A stretch of 64,000 nucleotides of DNA from Sphyrna mokarran (Eukaryota), in assembly GCA_024679065.1 (NCBI GenBank), contig JAGIQG010000014.1:76012001-76076000 (forward strand), written 5' to 3'. Below the pieces are notes generated by a model. That model had not been told where the DNA came from, made no database searches, and worked only from the letters and a program-made list of their open reading frames with translations. Of the stretch, positions 39,280 through 52,380 are shown piece by piece. Made by a program: the position numbers and the translations under genes. The stretch's first letter is position 1, and each line of letters opens with the position of its first letter.

Positions 39280-39565
39280 TGGCATGGTGGCACAGTGCTG
39301 CCTCACCCTGCCAAGCACCCAAGTTTGATTCCTGGCTTGGAGCACAGTCTGTGCAGGGTCCGCACGTTCTCCTCATCACTGCACGGGTTTCCTCCAGGTG
39401 CTCAGTTTTCCTCCCACAGTCCGAAAGCCATTCTGGTTAGGTGCATTGACCATACTAAATTCTCCCTCATTGTACGAAAAAGCACCAGAATGTGGTGACG
39501 AGGAAATGTTCACAGTAACTTCACTGCAGTGTTAACAAAAACTACTTGTGACAGTAGCAAATACA
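39280..39565 (+). mobile_element. V-SINE (paralog of 24600-24890)
   Basis: Same head, V-domain and tail. Confidence 0.78.
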
Positions 39566-40339
39566 TTTCAGAAATAAATCAATCTGATAGGCATAGGAGC
39601 CGGTATCAATGGTAAGAAAAAAAGGAATGATCATTCATGGACCAGCAAGAGGACCTGAGCAATAAGAGGAAGTAACGGAACAATTTGAAAATTGAGAAGT
39701 CCGTGGTAGTTCGTGGTTTCAAGGCTTGAAAACTTATTTTGCATCACAATATATGTAGTATTGATCAAAACTATGTGTGTTGCCTTAGAAGTTGAAAAGT
39801 GACTATGATGATATTGGCCTCTGGGGATAGCTGCTTTCAAATTTCTTAAGAAATTATGTGTTTGCTACATGTTAGAGCAGAGATGGAGAAGTTCCTGTAT
39901 ATATGCTTTGAAGGGTTGAGCTCCACGAATATAGTTGAAAATAACAAAATATTTCACTTGAGTTTACGAATAGGGGGTGCTAAATCTACATATCGGAAAA
40001 TTCATGTGGGTTCAAGATCAGCAGTCTTCAATGTTAGTGAGATGTGTCTTGCAGAATCTGGAGATTATTGCAGATCCAAAAGCACTCTATTGAGATGGCT
40101 GGCTGGATGTCTGGAACAGAAGTGGCGTATTTTCGAATTGTCAGTGCAATAATGCACCATGTTTAATTTTATAGCAGGTAGTGGGAAACTTGCAAACTTC
40201 CTTAATTAACAGTTACATGGGAATGGAAAGCCATAGGAGTATCATTATGCTTGGATAACACAAACACAGAAAATACAGCAAGTCATTCGAGCTCTCTAGG
40301 CTGCTCTACCATTCAACATGAGCATGGCTGATCCTCTAC

Positions 40340-40650
40340 AGGCTGCATGGTTGCACAGTGGTTCGGGCAGCAATGTGGATGGCACTGCTGCCTCTCAGCA
40401 CCTGGATTCGATTCCTGGCTTGCATCACTTATGTGTGGAATCTGTACATTTCCCTGTGTCTCCGTGGGTTTCCTCTGGGTGATTGGGTTTCCTCCCACAG
40501 TCCAAAAGTGTGTTGGTTAGATGGATTGGCTTTGATAAATTGCGCCGCATTGACCCCGAACAGGCGCTAGTGTATGGCTGTTAGGAGATTTTCATAGTAA
40601 CTTCATTGTAGTGTTAAGTTAGCCTATGTATGACACTAAAAAACAAAATA
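40340..40650 (+). mobile_element. V-SINE (paralog of 25937-26245)
   Basis: Same V-domain and tail. Confidence 0.75.
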
Positions 40651-40759
40651 TCTTGAAGCCACATTCCCTATACATTAATTCCTTGAAATTCTGGAAAACT
40701 ATATTTTTCCTCCTTAAATATGTTCAGTGACTTGGCCTCCACGGCCTTCTGTTGTAGAG

Positions 40760-42659
40760 GACTGGAGAATAGCTAATGTCGTACCGTTGTTTAAAAAGGG
40801 TGGTAGGGATAACCCTGGAAATTATAGGCCAGTGAGTTTGACGTCAGTGGTAGGGAAGCTGTTGGAGGGGATTCTTAGAGATAGGATGTATAGGCACTTA
40901 GAGCGTTGCAATCTGATTAGGGATACTCAGCATGGATTTGTTAAGGGGAGGTCGTGCCTTACAAATCTGGTAGAATTTTTTGAGCAGGTGACGAAAACGG
41001 TGGATGAAGGGCGAGCCGTTGATGTCGTCTATATGGATTTTAGTAAGGCGTTTGACAAAGTCCCTCATGGGAGGTTAGTCGAGAAGGTCAAGGCAAACGG
41101 GATACAAGGACAGGTAGCTAGATGGATAAGTAACTGGCTTGGTAATAGGAGACAGAGAGTAATAGTGGAAGGGTGTTTTTCTAGCTGGAGGTCAGTCACT
41201 AGTGGTGTGCGCAGGGCTCGGTACTGGGACCTCTTCTATTTGTAATATATATAAATGACTTGGAAGAGGGAGTAAGTGGAGTGATCAGCAAGTTTGCAGA
41301 CGACACAAAGATAGCTGGACTTGCGGATAGTGAGGAACATTGTCAGGCGATGCAGCAGGACATAGATAGGCTGGTAGTTTGGGCAGACAGATGGCAGATG
41401 GAATTCAATCCTGATAAATGTGAGGTGATGCATTTCGGGAGAAAGAATGTGGGGGGAAGGTATATGATAAAGGGTAGACCTATTAAGAGTATAGAAACGC
41501 AGAGGGACCTGGGGGTGCAGGTGAACAAGTCTCTGAGGTGGCAAAGCAAGTGGAGAAAGTTGTGAAGAAAGCATTTAGTGTGCTAGCCTTTATAGGAAGG
41601 GGTATAGGGTACAAGAGCTTCCCTTTAATGTTGCAGTTGTATAAAACGCTGGTTAGACCTCATTTGGAATACTGTGTCCAGTTCTGGTCGCCTCACTACC
41701 GGAAGGACGTGGAGACTCTGGAAAGAGTGCAGAGGAGGTTTACCAGGATGCTGCCTGGTATGGAAGGTCTGAGTTACGAGGAGAGATTAGGCAAATTGAG
41801 ACTGTTTTCCTTAGAAAGACGTAGACTTAGAGGAGATCTGATAGAGGTGTGCAAGATTTTGAAGGGGATAGATAGAGTAAACAGGGCTAAGCTTTTTCTG
41901 AGGATGGACTCAAATAGCAAGAGGAGTCACGGGCTTAGGGTGAGGGGGGTAAGGTATAATTTGGATGCTAGAGGGAGTTTTTTCACACAGAGGGTGGTGG
42001 GGGTATGGAATGCACTGCCAAGTAAATTGGTGGAGGCAGGTACTCTGGAGTTATTTAAGAAATACTTAGATGGGCACATGAACAGAATGGGAATGGAGGG
42101 GTATAGAAAACTGATTTAAAATAGGGATCATGAGCCTTGGGATCCCTGGGAAGTGTGTAAATAGATGATGATATTGATGTACTTGTTTTTTATCCTACAG
42201 GTGCTTTGGTCCACCTTGTTGTCTAACGAGGGGCATACACGCGATGGGTCGTGAGAGGACTGCTCTTGGATTTTTTTTTGAGAGTATCCTAGTGCTTCAC
42301 GTCGTTAGTGTACGCTTGACCTGGACCATTTGATGGGTAACACGAAAGCTCAATGACTATCGCTGTTCTGTGCAGATACATGGATTTGGGCCTGTGTCTG
42401 TGGGAGTTTGCGCATTCTCCCCGTGCTTGCGTGGGTTTCTCCGGGTGCTCCGGTTTCCTCCCACATCCCAAAGATGTGCTCTTAGGCTAATTGGCAAAAC
42501 AAATTCTCCCTAAATTGTCTCAAATTTGGTTTTTAATCCGTAGATCTATAAACATGGACAGGGATCACGGGTAGAAGTGGGAACATGGAGGTGGCGGCAC
42601 GGGCTCGTTGGGCCAAAGGGCCTGTTTCCCATGCTGTTTTGTTCTTTGTCTTTGTCTTT
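40760..42659 (+). mobile_element. Young CR1 LINE, 5'-truncated, near-intact RT (two 1-nt frameshifts), long V-domain-containing 3' UTR
   Basis: EDWRIANVVPLFKKG...YRPVSLTS...QHGF..GRSCLTNL...DFSKAFDKVPH...YINDL..SKFADDTK...RPHLEYCVQFWSP...FTQRVVGVWNALP; stop at 42119; (TGTCTT)-like tail; the empty site gttgtagagaattcc is at ~26348-26362. Confidence 0.95.
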
Positions 42660-42764
42660 AGAATTCCAAAGTTCATCACCCTCTGAGTTAAGAAGTTAGT
42701 CTTCATCGCAGCCATAAATGCTCCATCCCAAAGCTTAAAATTCTGACAAGCACGGTGGCACAGG

Positions 42765-43093
42765 CACCAGCACGGTGGCATTGTGGGTAGAACTGCTCCG
42801 TTACAGATCCAGAGACCCGGATTCACTTCCGGATTGAGTGACTGTCAGAATGGTTTTTGCATATTCTCCCCGTGTCTGCGTGAGCTCCTTCGGTTTCCTC
42901 CCACAGTTGACAGATGTGCAGGTTATGTGCATTGGTCATGCTAAATTGTCCCTTAGTGTCCCAAAATGTGTGATTTAAGAGGATGAGGGGTGTAAATATG
43001 TGGAGTTACTGGAATAGGGAAAAGGGCTGAGTGTGGGTATGACTCTCTGTCAGAGATCAGTGCAGACTTGATGGCCCAAATGTCATCCTTCTG
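42765..43093 (+). mobile_element. V-SINE (paralog of 26460-26785)
   Basis: Same sequence and flanks. Confidence 0.75.
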
Positions 43094-44585
43094 TAGAATC
43101 TGCTGGTTCCTGCAGATTGCAAAACAGCATATATGATGCCACTGTTTAAAAAAGGAGGTAGACCAAAGACAGGCAATTCCAGGCCGGTTAACTTCACTTC
43201 TGTAGTAGGGAAAATACTTGAATCTATCATCAAGGAAGAAATAGCGAGACATCACTTTATAAATTGTCCCACTCATAAGACATAGCATGGATTCAAGAAG
43301 GGCAAGTCATGTTTGACTAATGTGGTGGAATTCTTTGAGAACATTACATGTGCAATATACAATGCGGAATCTGTGGATGTGCTGTATCTGGATTTCCAGA
43401 AGGCATTTGACAAGGTGCCACACCAAAGACCGCTGCATAATATAAAGACGCATAGTGTTACTGATAATGTATTAACATTGATAGAGGATTGGTTAACTAA
43501 CAGAAAGCAAAAAGTGGGCGTAAATGTATGTTTTTCTGGTTGGCGATCAGTGATGAGTGGTGTGCCTCAGGGATCAGTGGTGAGACCGCAACTGTTTACG
43601 ATTTATATAGCTGATTTAGAGTTGGAGACCAGGCAGAGTGTGTCAAAATTCACAGATGACAGTAGGACGAATGGCAGAGCAAAGCGCGCAAGGGACACTG
43701 AAAGTCTGCAAAGGGATATAGATAGTCAAAGTGAAGGGAAAAGGGTGTGGTGGATGGAATACAATGTCGGTAAATGTGAGATCATCCATTTTTGTAGCAA
43801 TAACAGCAAAATGGGTTATTATTTGAATGGTAAAAAATTGCAACGTGCTGTTGTGCAGAGAGTCCCGGGTGCCCATGTGCAAGAATCACAAGGATTTTCT
43901 TTGCAGGTTCAGCAGGTAATTAAGAAGGCAAATGGAATTTTGCCCTTCATTGCTAGAGGAATGGAGTTTGAAAACAACAACATTATTTTCTGGCTATATA
44001 AGGCGTTGGTGAGGCCACACCACACCAGGTATACTGTGTACAGTTTTGGTCTCCTTGATTGAGAAAGGACATACTAGCACTGGAGGATGTGCAGAGGAGA
44101 TTCACTAAGTTGATGTCGGCGTTGAGAGGATTAGCTTATGAGGACAGACTGAGTACTGTGAGCTATACTCATTGGAATTCGGAAGAATGAGGGGAGATCT
44201 TATAGAAACATATAAGATTATGAAGGGAATAGATAAGTTCGAAACAAGGAAGTTATTTCCACTAGCGGCTGAAACTCGAACTAGGGAACATAGCCTCAAA
44301 ATAAGGGGGAGCAGATTTAGGACTGAGTTGAGAAGGAACATCTTCACATAAAGGGTTGTGAATTTGTGGAATTCGGTGCCCAGTGAAGCAGTTGAGGCTA
44401 CCTCATTGGATGTTTTTAAGGCAAGGGTAGATAAATGTTTGAACAGTAAAAGAACCAAAGATTATTGTGGGCAGGCGGGTAAGAGGAGCTGAATCCACAA
44501 AAAGATCAGCCATGATCCTATTTAATGGCGCAGCAGACTCGAGATGTCAGGTGGCTTATTCCTGCTCCTAGTTCTTATGTTCATA
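43094..44585 (+). mobile_element. CR1 LINE fragment (paralog of 26786-28249)
   Basis: ORF 43313..44062 with DFQKAFDKVPH, GVPQGSV, KFTDD. Confidence 0.9.
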
Positions 44586-45198
44586 CGCACTGTAGGGTTG
44601 TTATGATTGTTTCAGAACTCCCAGGCAGAAGAAACATTATCCATACACACATTCACTCTATCCGTGTCAAATTCCCATACGTTTTAATTTGATCCCCTCT
44701 CATCCTTCTAAATTGCAATGAATATCGGCTTAGGTGACCCAATGGCTCTTCATACGACGATATTTACCTCCCAGGAATCAGTCTAGTGAACTTTCACTGC
44801 ACTCCATCGATAGCACGAAAGGAGACCAAAATTGTACAGACTATTCCAGCTATCTCACCAACGTCCTGCAGAGCCGCAGTAAAAAATCCTTGCTAATGTG
44901 CTCAAGTGCTTTTGTCATAAAGGCCAACATGCCGGCTCTATTCTTTACTGTTTGCTGTTTATAATTTGAACTATCAGTAAAATTTGGTGAATCAGACCAA
45001 TGAGACAAATGACAGCAAAAGTTCTCCATTTCTCACTTCTTTTGTCGTCTGTTGCAAACAATAAAATATTCGCTATGATTCAGTCTCAGAGATATTTATG
45101 GCGTCAGAGGAATGTACAAAATTTTGACAGAAAATCTTGATCCAATTTTTAATTGTACAACAATAAATCTAGGCAACAGCGCTGATTTCAGAAAGTCT

Positions 45199-45385
45199 AG
45201 CTTTAAGAAATGCCGCTAATTTCATTGGATGAATTTCAATATGTTTCTGTTCACCAATCAGAAGCTGAGCTGTAATTAGAGATCTGGACTGCCCCCTTCA
45301 CTACCCACCCACCATCTCGCACCATCAGACGCAGGATAGCGAGCAGCTCGGTAGCATTTCTGCATGAATCTACTGGCAATTTTAG
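45199..45385 (+). promoter_or_regulatory. Promoter block of g8 with a 10-bp core deletion
   Basis: Same series, but GACGCAG-GATAGCG lacks TGTAACATTG at 45334/45335. Confidence 0.72.
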
Positions 45386-45549
45386 ACAAAAAGAGAAGAT
45401 TTACATGAAATAATTCGAGCGATTCCTAAAAGAATCAGGTATTTGCTACATCGCCGTGTTTCAGGTTTAAATAAATAAATAATAAACTGTACAACGATAA
45501 TTGATGGTACGGACACATTCTGAAACAAGGGGAATGTGTTTCGCTGGAA

Positions 45550-48015
45550 ATGAGATATAAAATATATTGGTTGATAGAATGCCAATTAGTTTGTTGTGTA
45601 TTCACGTGGAATCTAGTATTTGGACAGATTCGTTATTCGATTCCTGAAGAACTGCAACTGGGCGCCTTTGTTGGCAATATCGCAGATGATTTCGGTTTAG
45701 ATGTAAAGCAGCTCTCGGCTCGCAGTTTTCGGATTGTGCCCGGGCCCAGGAAACAATATGTGGATATAAATTTGGACACTGGCATTTTATTTGTGAAGGA
45801 GAAAATTGACAGGGAACAGATTTGCGGGCCTAGTTCGAGTTGTGTGATATCCTTGGACTGTTTGCTTGAAAATCCCTTAAAGCTGTATCAGATCGCAGTG
45901 GAGATTCTCGATGTGAATGACAATGCTCCCAGTTTCCCAAAGAAACAAATCCGCCTGGAAATCCCAGAGATTTCTACACCGGGAACGCGCTTTCCTCTCG
46001 AATCCGCACACGATCCGGACATTGGAACAAACGCCTTACAAACCTATCAACTCCTTCCCAACGATTATTACATTCTCGATGTTCAAATGCGCAATGGAGT
46101 TGAGAAATTGCCAATATTGGTGTTGCAGAGTTCCCTGGACAGAGAAACGGAATCCAGCCACATGTTAACGTTAATAGCCAAGGACGGCGGGGTCCCAGTG
46201 AGATCGGGCACGGTTCGGGTCTCAATCATTGTCAAGGATGCAAACGACAACACTCCTGTTTTCCCACAATCAGTTTACAGAGTCACCCTGTTGGAAAGCG
46301 CACCCACAGGAACGCGGGTAATTTTATTAAATGCCACTGACATGGACGAGGGATCCAATGGAGAGATAACGTACTCGCTCAGTAGCCATAATTCTGCTGC
46401 AGCTCGGGAAATGTTTGATGTGGATTCCAAAACTGGAGAAATCAGACTAAAAGGCAAATTGAACTATGAAGAAAACAAGGTCTTTCAGATTGGCATACAA
46501 GCAATGGATAACGGTCAAAACGCAATACCTGAGCATTGTGATCTGTTTGTCGATATTATTGATGTGAATGATAACGCACCTGAGGTAACACTGACATCGT
46601 TGTCCAGCACAGTTTCCGAAGATGCTCCAGTTGGAACGGTAGTCGCTCTGTTCAGTGCAGCAGATAAAGATTCGGGGCAAAATGGGCAAGTACGTTGTCA
46701 AATTTCACAGAAACTCCCATTTAAACTCGATTCTTCTTTGAAGAATTATCATGAATTACTTGTTCAATATCCACTGGATCGTGAAAATGCCTCCCAGTAT
46801 GACGTTACAATAACATGTACGGATGCAGGAAATCCTCCTCTGACATCCAAAAAATCTATTCATGTAGAGGTTTCAGATATAAATGACAATGCCCCACGGT
46901 TTACCCAGTCTTTATACACAGAAAGCGTCATGGAGAACAATGTTATTGGCGCTACTATGTTTTCTATTTCAGCCTCAGATCCAGATGTTGGACTGAATGC
47001 TCGACTTAAATACTCTATCCTGGAGACACAAGTTGAGAATGCCTCGGTGTCCACTTATGTGTCAATTGACAAGGAGACTGGTGTCATATTCGCTCAGAGG
47101 TCTTTTGACTACGAGAAATTGAAAAACTTTCAGATCAAAGCTCGAGTCGTGGACTCTGGAACCCCACCACTCGCCAGCAATGTCTCAGTGAATGTTATTA
47201 TCCTTGATCAGAATGACAATGTTCCAGTGATCGTGCACCCATTAGCCGAGTATGGCTCAACGGTAACAGAGACAATATCCAGGTTTGCAGAACCAGGCTA
47301 CTTGGTTGCTAAGGTATCCGCCACTGATGCTGACGCTGGTCAGAACGCACGTCTTTCTTACTCCTTTTTTCAGGCTACGCAGCAAAACCTTTTTACTATT
47401 TCACCAGACACTGGGGAAATTTGGACTATCCGGCGTATTGAGAATAAAGACGCTCCTAAGCAAAGGCTGGTGATTGTCGTAAAAGACAATGGAACACCTT
47501 CTCTCTCTGCCACAGTGACCATCATCTTAACTGTGGTTGGGGGTGACACTGAAATATTCTCCAGCGTCAGTGGATCGTCTCAGGATTCAGGATTCACTCC
47601 TGATTTGAGCTTTTCATTGGTCATAACATTAGGAGTAATTTCTGGCATTTTTCTCGTGATTTTAATTATCCTCGCTATAAAGATTCATCAAAGCAGAAAT
47701 GTTTTGCGAGGTCAGCCCTGTTCCTTGGGTGTTTGTTGCTGTTTTGAAACGAGACATTCTCTGAATGGAATTCAAAAGGCCAGTAGAAATCTTCAGATAC
47801 CACCCAACTATGTTGAGGTATTCGGGGGTGATCCACTTTCTCAGAGGTTTCGCTATGAGTCATGTTCAACATTGCAATCAACAAAGAGAGATATTTTAAT
47901 CCCCAACACATGCAGATCATCATTAGACAAGAATTATCTGCGCAATGAGTCTGTGAGGAAAGAACATCAGGGAATGATTAATTCTGAAAACTATATCAAC
48001 CCTGCAAACACCGAG
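45550..48015 (+). CDS. g8: clustered protocadherin variable exon
   Basis: ORF 45550..48063; one codon shorter in the signal peptide; GAG|GTGAGG donor at 48015/48016. Confidence 0.96.
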
Positions 48016-48984
48016 GTGAGGCGCAGTTACAAAGTGAATGACATCATCACAGATTTCCTTTAGGGATACAGAAATGTTTGAGGGCACAAGAGAATGTTTA
48101 TTTTAACAGCATTGAAGTGATACCTTAACTAGGTTATGCAGCTTCCTGCAATATTTATGTTTCCTGTCATCATTCCCTTGTTATTGCTATGTTGAGGGTA
48201 TCTTACAGATTGTACTTCCACTGTTTTATTATAATATGTAACTCATTGTCAAGCCCAGGTTAACTTTTGTTCTGGGAATTCAGGTCATCTTTTCGAGCTT
48301 TTTAAACCCTTGCTCTTTATTTAAATCTAAGGGGGATTTGACTTTGTCCCAGGTACTGTAAACTTGTAAATGTAACTATTTTTGATTAACTGTTTTCATT
48401 CACAGGACCGTGCAAGTACAGCACACTTTCATTGATGCGAATATCACAATTCCACATTGCTCCTGCAAAATACTGACTTCATTTCTAGTCGTCATGGTCT
48501 CGGTACATTATTTAGTATTTACTAACATCAGCATATCCTTCTTTGAATGCCGTCCATTCCAAATTGATCGGTTAGTCCTATATCATTGTTAAGGATGGCT
48601 TTCAGTTGATGCTTGAAGCAGAGCAGAAGCGAGACTGTTCCTGCATTTTTATGGCAAATTGACTAGTTGAAAGAAGAATTGGTTTGATGACAGGAGTCTA
48701 AAGCGATATTCCTCCAATGCCATAGAAATTTTTCAGTTTATGATGAGCTGATACTCTAAAACATCCTGATGTTAATTAGTTGGAACTGCTAACCTAAGGC
48801 CGTAACAATTAAGATATAATCAGTTTCTCAGTAGTCAGCTGAAATTCCTGCTATGTTGTCAAGGAAGCTATCCGTTAATTGCACGGATATATGCATGCTC
48901 AATGTTCTTATCAAGATGCTTACATTTGCTCATTTAAATGCAATGAAGTCAAAACTTGCATTGCAGTTAAATTTGCAAAGTTAT

Positions 48985-49890
48985 GGGAGGCCTGTGATCT
49001 GTGCCACAGAGATCAATGTTGTGTCCACTGTTGTTTGTCATTTATATAAAAGATATGAATGAGAACACAGGAAGCATTGTTAGTAAATTAGTGGTGTAAT
49101 GAACTGTGAAGAAAGTTACCTAAGACTTCAATGGAATCTCAATCAACTGGACCAGTGGGTTGAGGAATGGCAGATGAAGTTTAATTCAGATAAATATGTA
49201 TTTTGGTAGGACAGGACATTCACAATAAATGGTAGGGCCCTGCGGGTTGTGGTCAGAGAGACTTGGAATAATTCCTTGAAAGTGGCATCAGAGGTAGATG
49301 GACTGTTGAAGAAGGCGATTGGTACACTTGCCTTCATCATCAGAGCATTGAGTTCAGGAATTGGGACATTATGTACAAGACGCTGGTAAGGTTACATCTG
49401 AAGTACTGTGTGTATTTTTGGTCACTCTGCTATAGGAAGGATGTTGTTAAACTGGAAAGGATGCAAAAAAGATTTACAAGGATGTTGCCGGGACTAGAAT
49501 GTTTGAATTATCAGGACAGATTCAATAGGCTAGGATTTCTTTCCCTGAAGTGTAGGACGATGAGGGGTGACCTTAAAGAGGTTTGTAAAATCATAGATAA
49601 TGTGAAAAGCCAAGGTTTGCTCCCTAGGGTAGGGAAGTCCAAAGTAAGAGGGTATAGGTTTAAAGTGAGAGTAGAAACTTAAAAAGGCACCAGAGGGGTC
49701 ACATTTTCACACAAAGTGATTTGCATATATGGAATGAAATGCCAGAGGAGATGGTAGATGTGGGTACAATTTTGGAACGGTATAAGGATGGGAATGGTTT
49801 GGAGGGATAGGGGCCAAATGCAGGCAAATGGGACTCGTCCCCTGATTGGCATGGACGAGTCGGGCAGGGAGGCTTGTTTCCGTGCTATGC
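48985..49890 (+). mobile_element. Degenerate CR1 LINE fragment
   Basis: ORF 49371..49682 YKTLVRLHLKYCVYFWS...KRFTRMLPGLE; CR1 3' UTR. Confidence 0.85.
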
Positions 49891-50449
49891 ATCTTTATAA
49901 ATGAATTGCTCGATACCTTCCTAGCATATTTTTCATAGATTTTTCTCAGATGCCAACATTTCAGGACGCTTGCAAATTATATAATTGACACAAAGTAGGC
50001 ATGTAATTGCTTCTTTCAGTGATGCCTTGGTCCATGAATACCTTGTCATTTCAAAGAAATATGGTGAATTTTAGACTGACGTTTAGAAATAATAGAAATA
50101 TTGCATTAAGCAATTGATATATTTAATGTGAACAAAGTTAAGCTGATCTGTATAGAACTCGGTAGCAATAGTAAGAAAGAATTGCAACGATCACCTATCA
50201 ATCAATGAAAGGATTTTAACAATGAGAAACAGATAGTAATGGTGCCGGTTGAACATGGAAAAGTACTTGGAAGTTAGTGGTTTCAAGTCTTGAAAACTTA
50301 TTTTGCAAAATTATTCTATGTCTAATTCTGGTATATAGTCTGTAGTTTTAATCAAAAATATTTGTCCTGCCTTAGAACTTAAAATTGTCTCTGGATTACC
50401 TGTTTTCAAATTTCTAATGAATAACATGTACGCTGCGCATTAGAACGAA

Positions 50450-50740
50450 CCACAGAATCATGGAGTCTCTACAGTGCAGGAGGAGGCCTTTCGGTCCATC
50501 CATCGAGTCTGCACCAACCACATTCCACGCAGGCCTTGTAACTCTGCTATCCCCATGATATTAGAGTCAATTTAGCGTAGCCAATCAACCTAACAAGCAG
50601 ATCTTTGACTGTGGGAGGAAAACCCATGCAAACCGAGGAGAATGTGCAAACTCCATTTTGACAGTGACCCGTGACTGGATTAAACCCGGGTCCCTGGCGC
50701 TGTGAAGCAGCAGTGCAAACCACTGTGTCACCGTGTCACC
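50450..50740 (-). mobile_element. V-SINE, with tail
   Basis: Reverse-complement tail cagaatcatggagtctctacagtgcaggaggaggcc, V-domain, head. Confidence 0.8.
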
Positions 50741-51139
50741 CCCAAAATAAGAGTTCATGTATGTAGCCTTTAAAAGTTTTGAGCACCCAGATGAAATTGA
50801 CAACAACAAAATAATGAACTTGAGTTTCAGAATAGAGGGTGCTGCATGTACAGTTCTGGATATTCATGCAAGGTTCGAGATAGGAAAACTTATTCACTGA
50901 ATATCAGAGTTTGTGCTGCAGCGTACAGAGATTATTTCAGATTCAAGACCATTCTGTTGAGGTGACTTGGTAGATGCCTGGAAGAAAACAGAGGATTTTG
51001 GAATTGCCCGTGCAGTAATGCCCAATGTTTAGTTATATTGGAGAGTAAGGAAATATATTACAAACTTCCTTTAGTTATAATTAGCAGCTCCCTGGAAATG
51101 GAAGCCCATACCGGAATCATCATACTTGGCTAATAGCGA

Positions 51140-51730
51140 GATAGAAAATAGGACCATGACTGATCAATTATCTCAACAGCATATTCCCGTCATTTCTCCA
51201 TTCGCCTTGATGCCTTAAGGATTCTAGAAATCTACATTTTTCCTCCTTAGGTATGTTCAACGACTTGGTACCTATATCCTTCAGTGAAAGAGAATTCCGC
51301 AGTTTTGCTACCCTCTGAGTAAACACATTTCTTTCATCTCAGTCCTAAAGGTCCTACTCTATATCTTGAGATTGCGGCCCCTTGGTCTAGATTCCCGCAT
51401 TTTCCTACACCCTCCCCCTCCCCTTCCCCATCCTAAACCCGGACAGAAGAAATATCTCCCATGCATCCATTCTTCCGCCACTGTAAGATTGCAATACGCT
51501 TTAATTAAGTCCACTCTCATACTTCTGAATTGCAATGAATACGGTCCTTGTCAACTCAATCACTTCTTGCGCAAAAGTCTGCAATCCCTCGATGGCACGT
51601 ATATTATTTCTTACTTAAGAAGACCAAATCTGCACGCCATGAAGCAGGTGCATTGTCGCCAAAGGCCCATACAGCTACAATAAGAAAACTTTTCGCCTGT
51701 GCTCAAGTCTGCCTGCAATGAAAACCAACA
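51140..51730 (-). mobile_element. Old CR1 LINE 3' fragment
   Basis: Paralogous to 10735-11410. Confidence 0.68.
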
Positions 51731-52000
51731 TGACCGTTCCTTTCTCAACTTCTCCCAATCGATTTATAAATAAAATTCAATTAGCGAGACAAATGGCCCA
51801 TTTAATACTGCAGGTTCATTTTTTTTGATGTTTTTCTACCATATGTGCCATGAACATTACTGTTAAGATATTTGTTGTAATGGAATTCCAGAGATATTTT
51901 TGATAACGCAGTGGTATCTGAAGTATTCACAGAAAATCTTCATTCCATTTTTAATCTTGCAACAATAAATCTAAATATCTGCGGGGATTTCAGACCTTTC

Positions 52001-52200
52001 CGCTTTAAGAAATGAACTGTAGTGCCATTGGTTGAATTTCAATGTGTTTCTGTTCACCAATCAGAAGCAGAGATGTAACTGGGGATCCGGACTGCCCCTT
52101 TCACTACCCAGCCACCATCACGCACGATCAGACGCAGTGTAACATTGGATAGCGAGCAGCTCGGCAGCATTTGTGCACGAATCCACTGGCGATTTTAGAC
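52001..52200 (+). promoter_or_regulatory. Conserved promoter block of g9
   Basis: Same motif series upstream of ATG 52381. Confidence 0.75.
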
Positions 52201-52380
52201 AAAAAAAATTAGAAGATTTAAATGAAATAATTCGAGCGGTTCCTAAAACAATCAGGTATTTGCGACATCGCAGTTGATCCAGGTTAAAAATATATTGTTA
52301 TAACTGTAAAATTGATTTTATAACTGGATGATCGATGTTACGGACACGTTCTGAAACAAGGGGAATGTTTTTCGCTGGAA

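Noticed and set aside
40727-42119. Reverse transcriptase as a host gene, diversity-generating system or active element
   Set aside because: Ordinary CR1 ORF2, 5'-truncated (no endonuclease or ORF1) with two frameshifts; a recent insertion absent from the paralogous unit.
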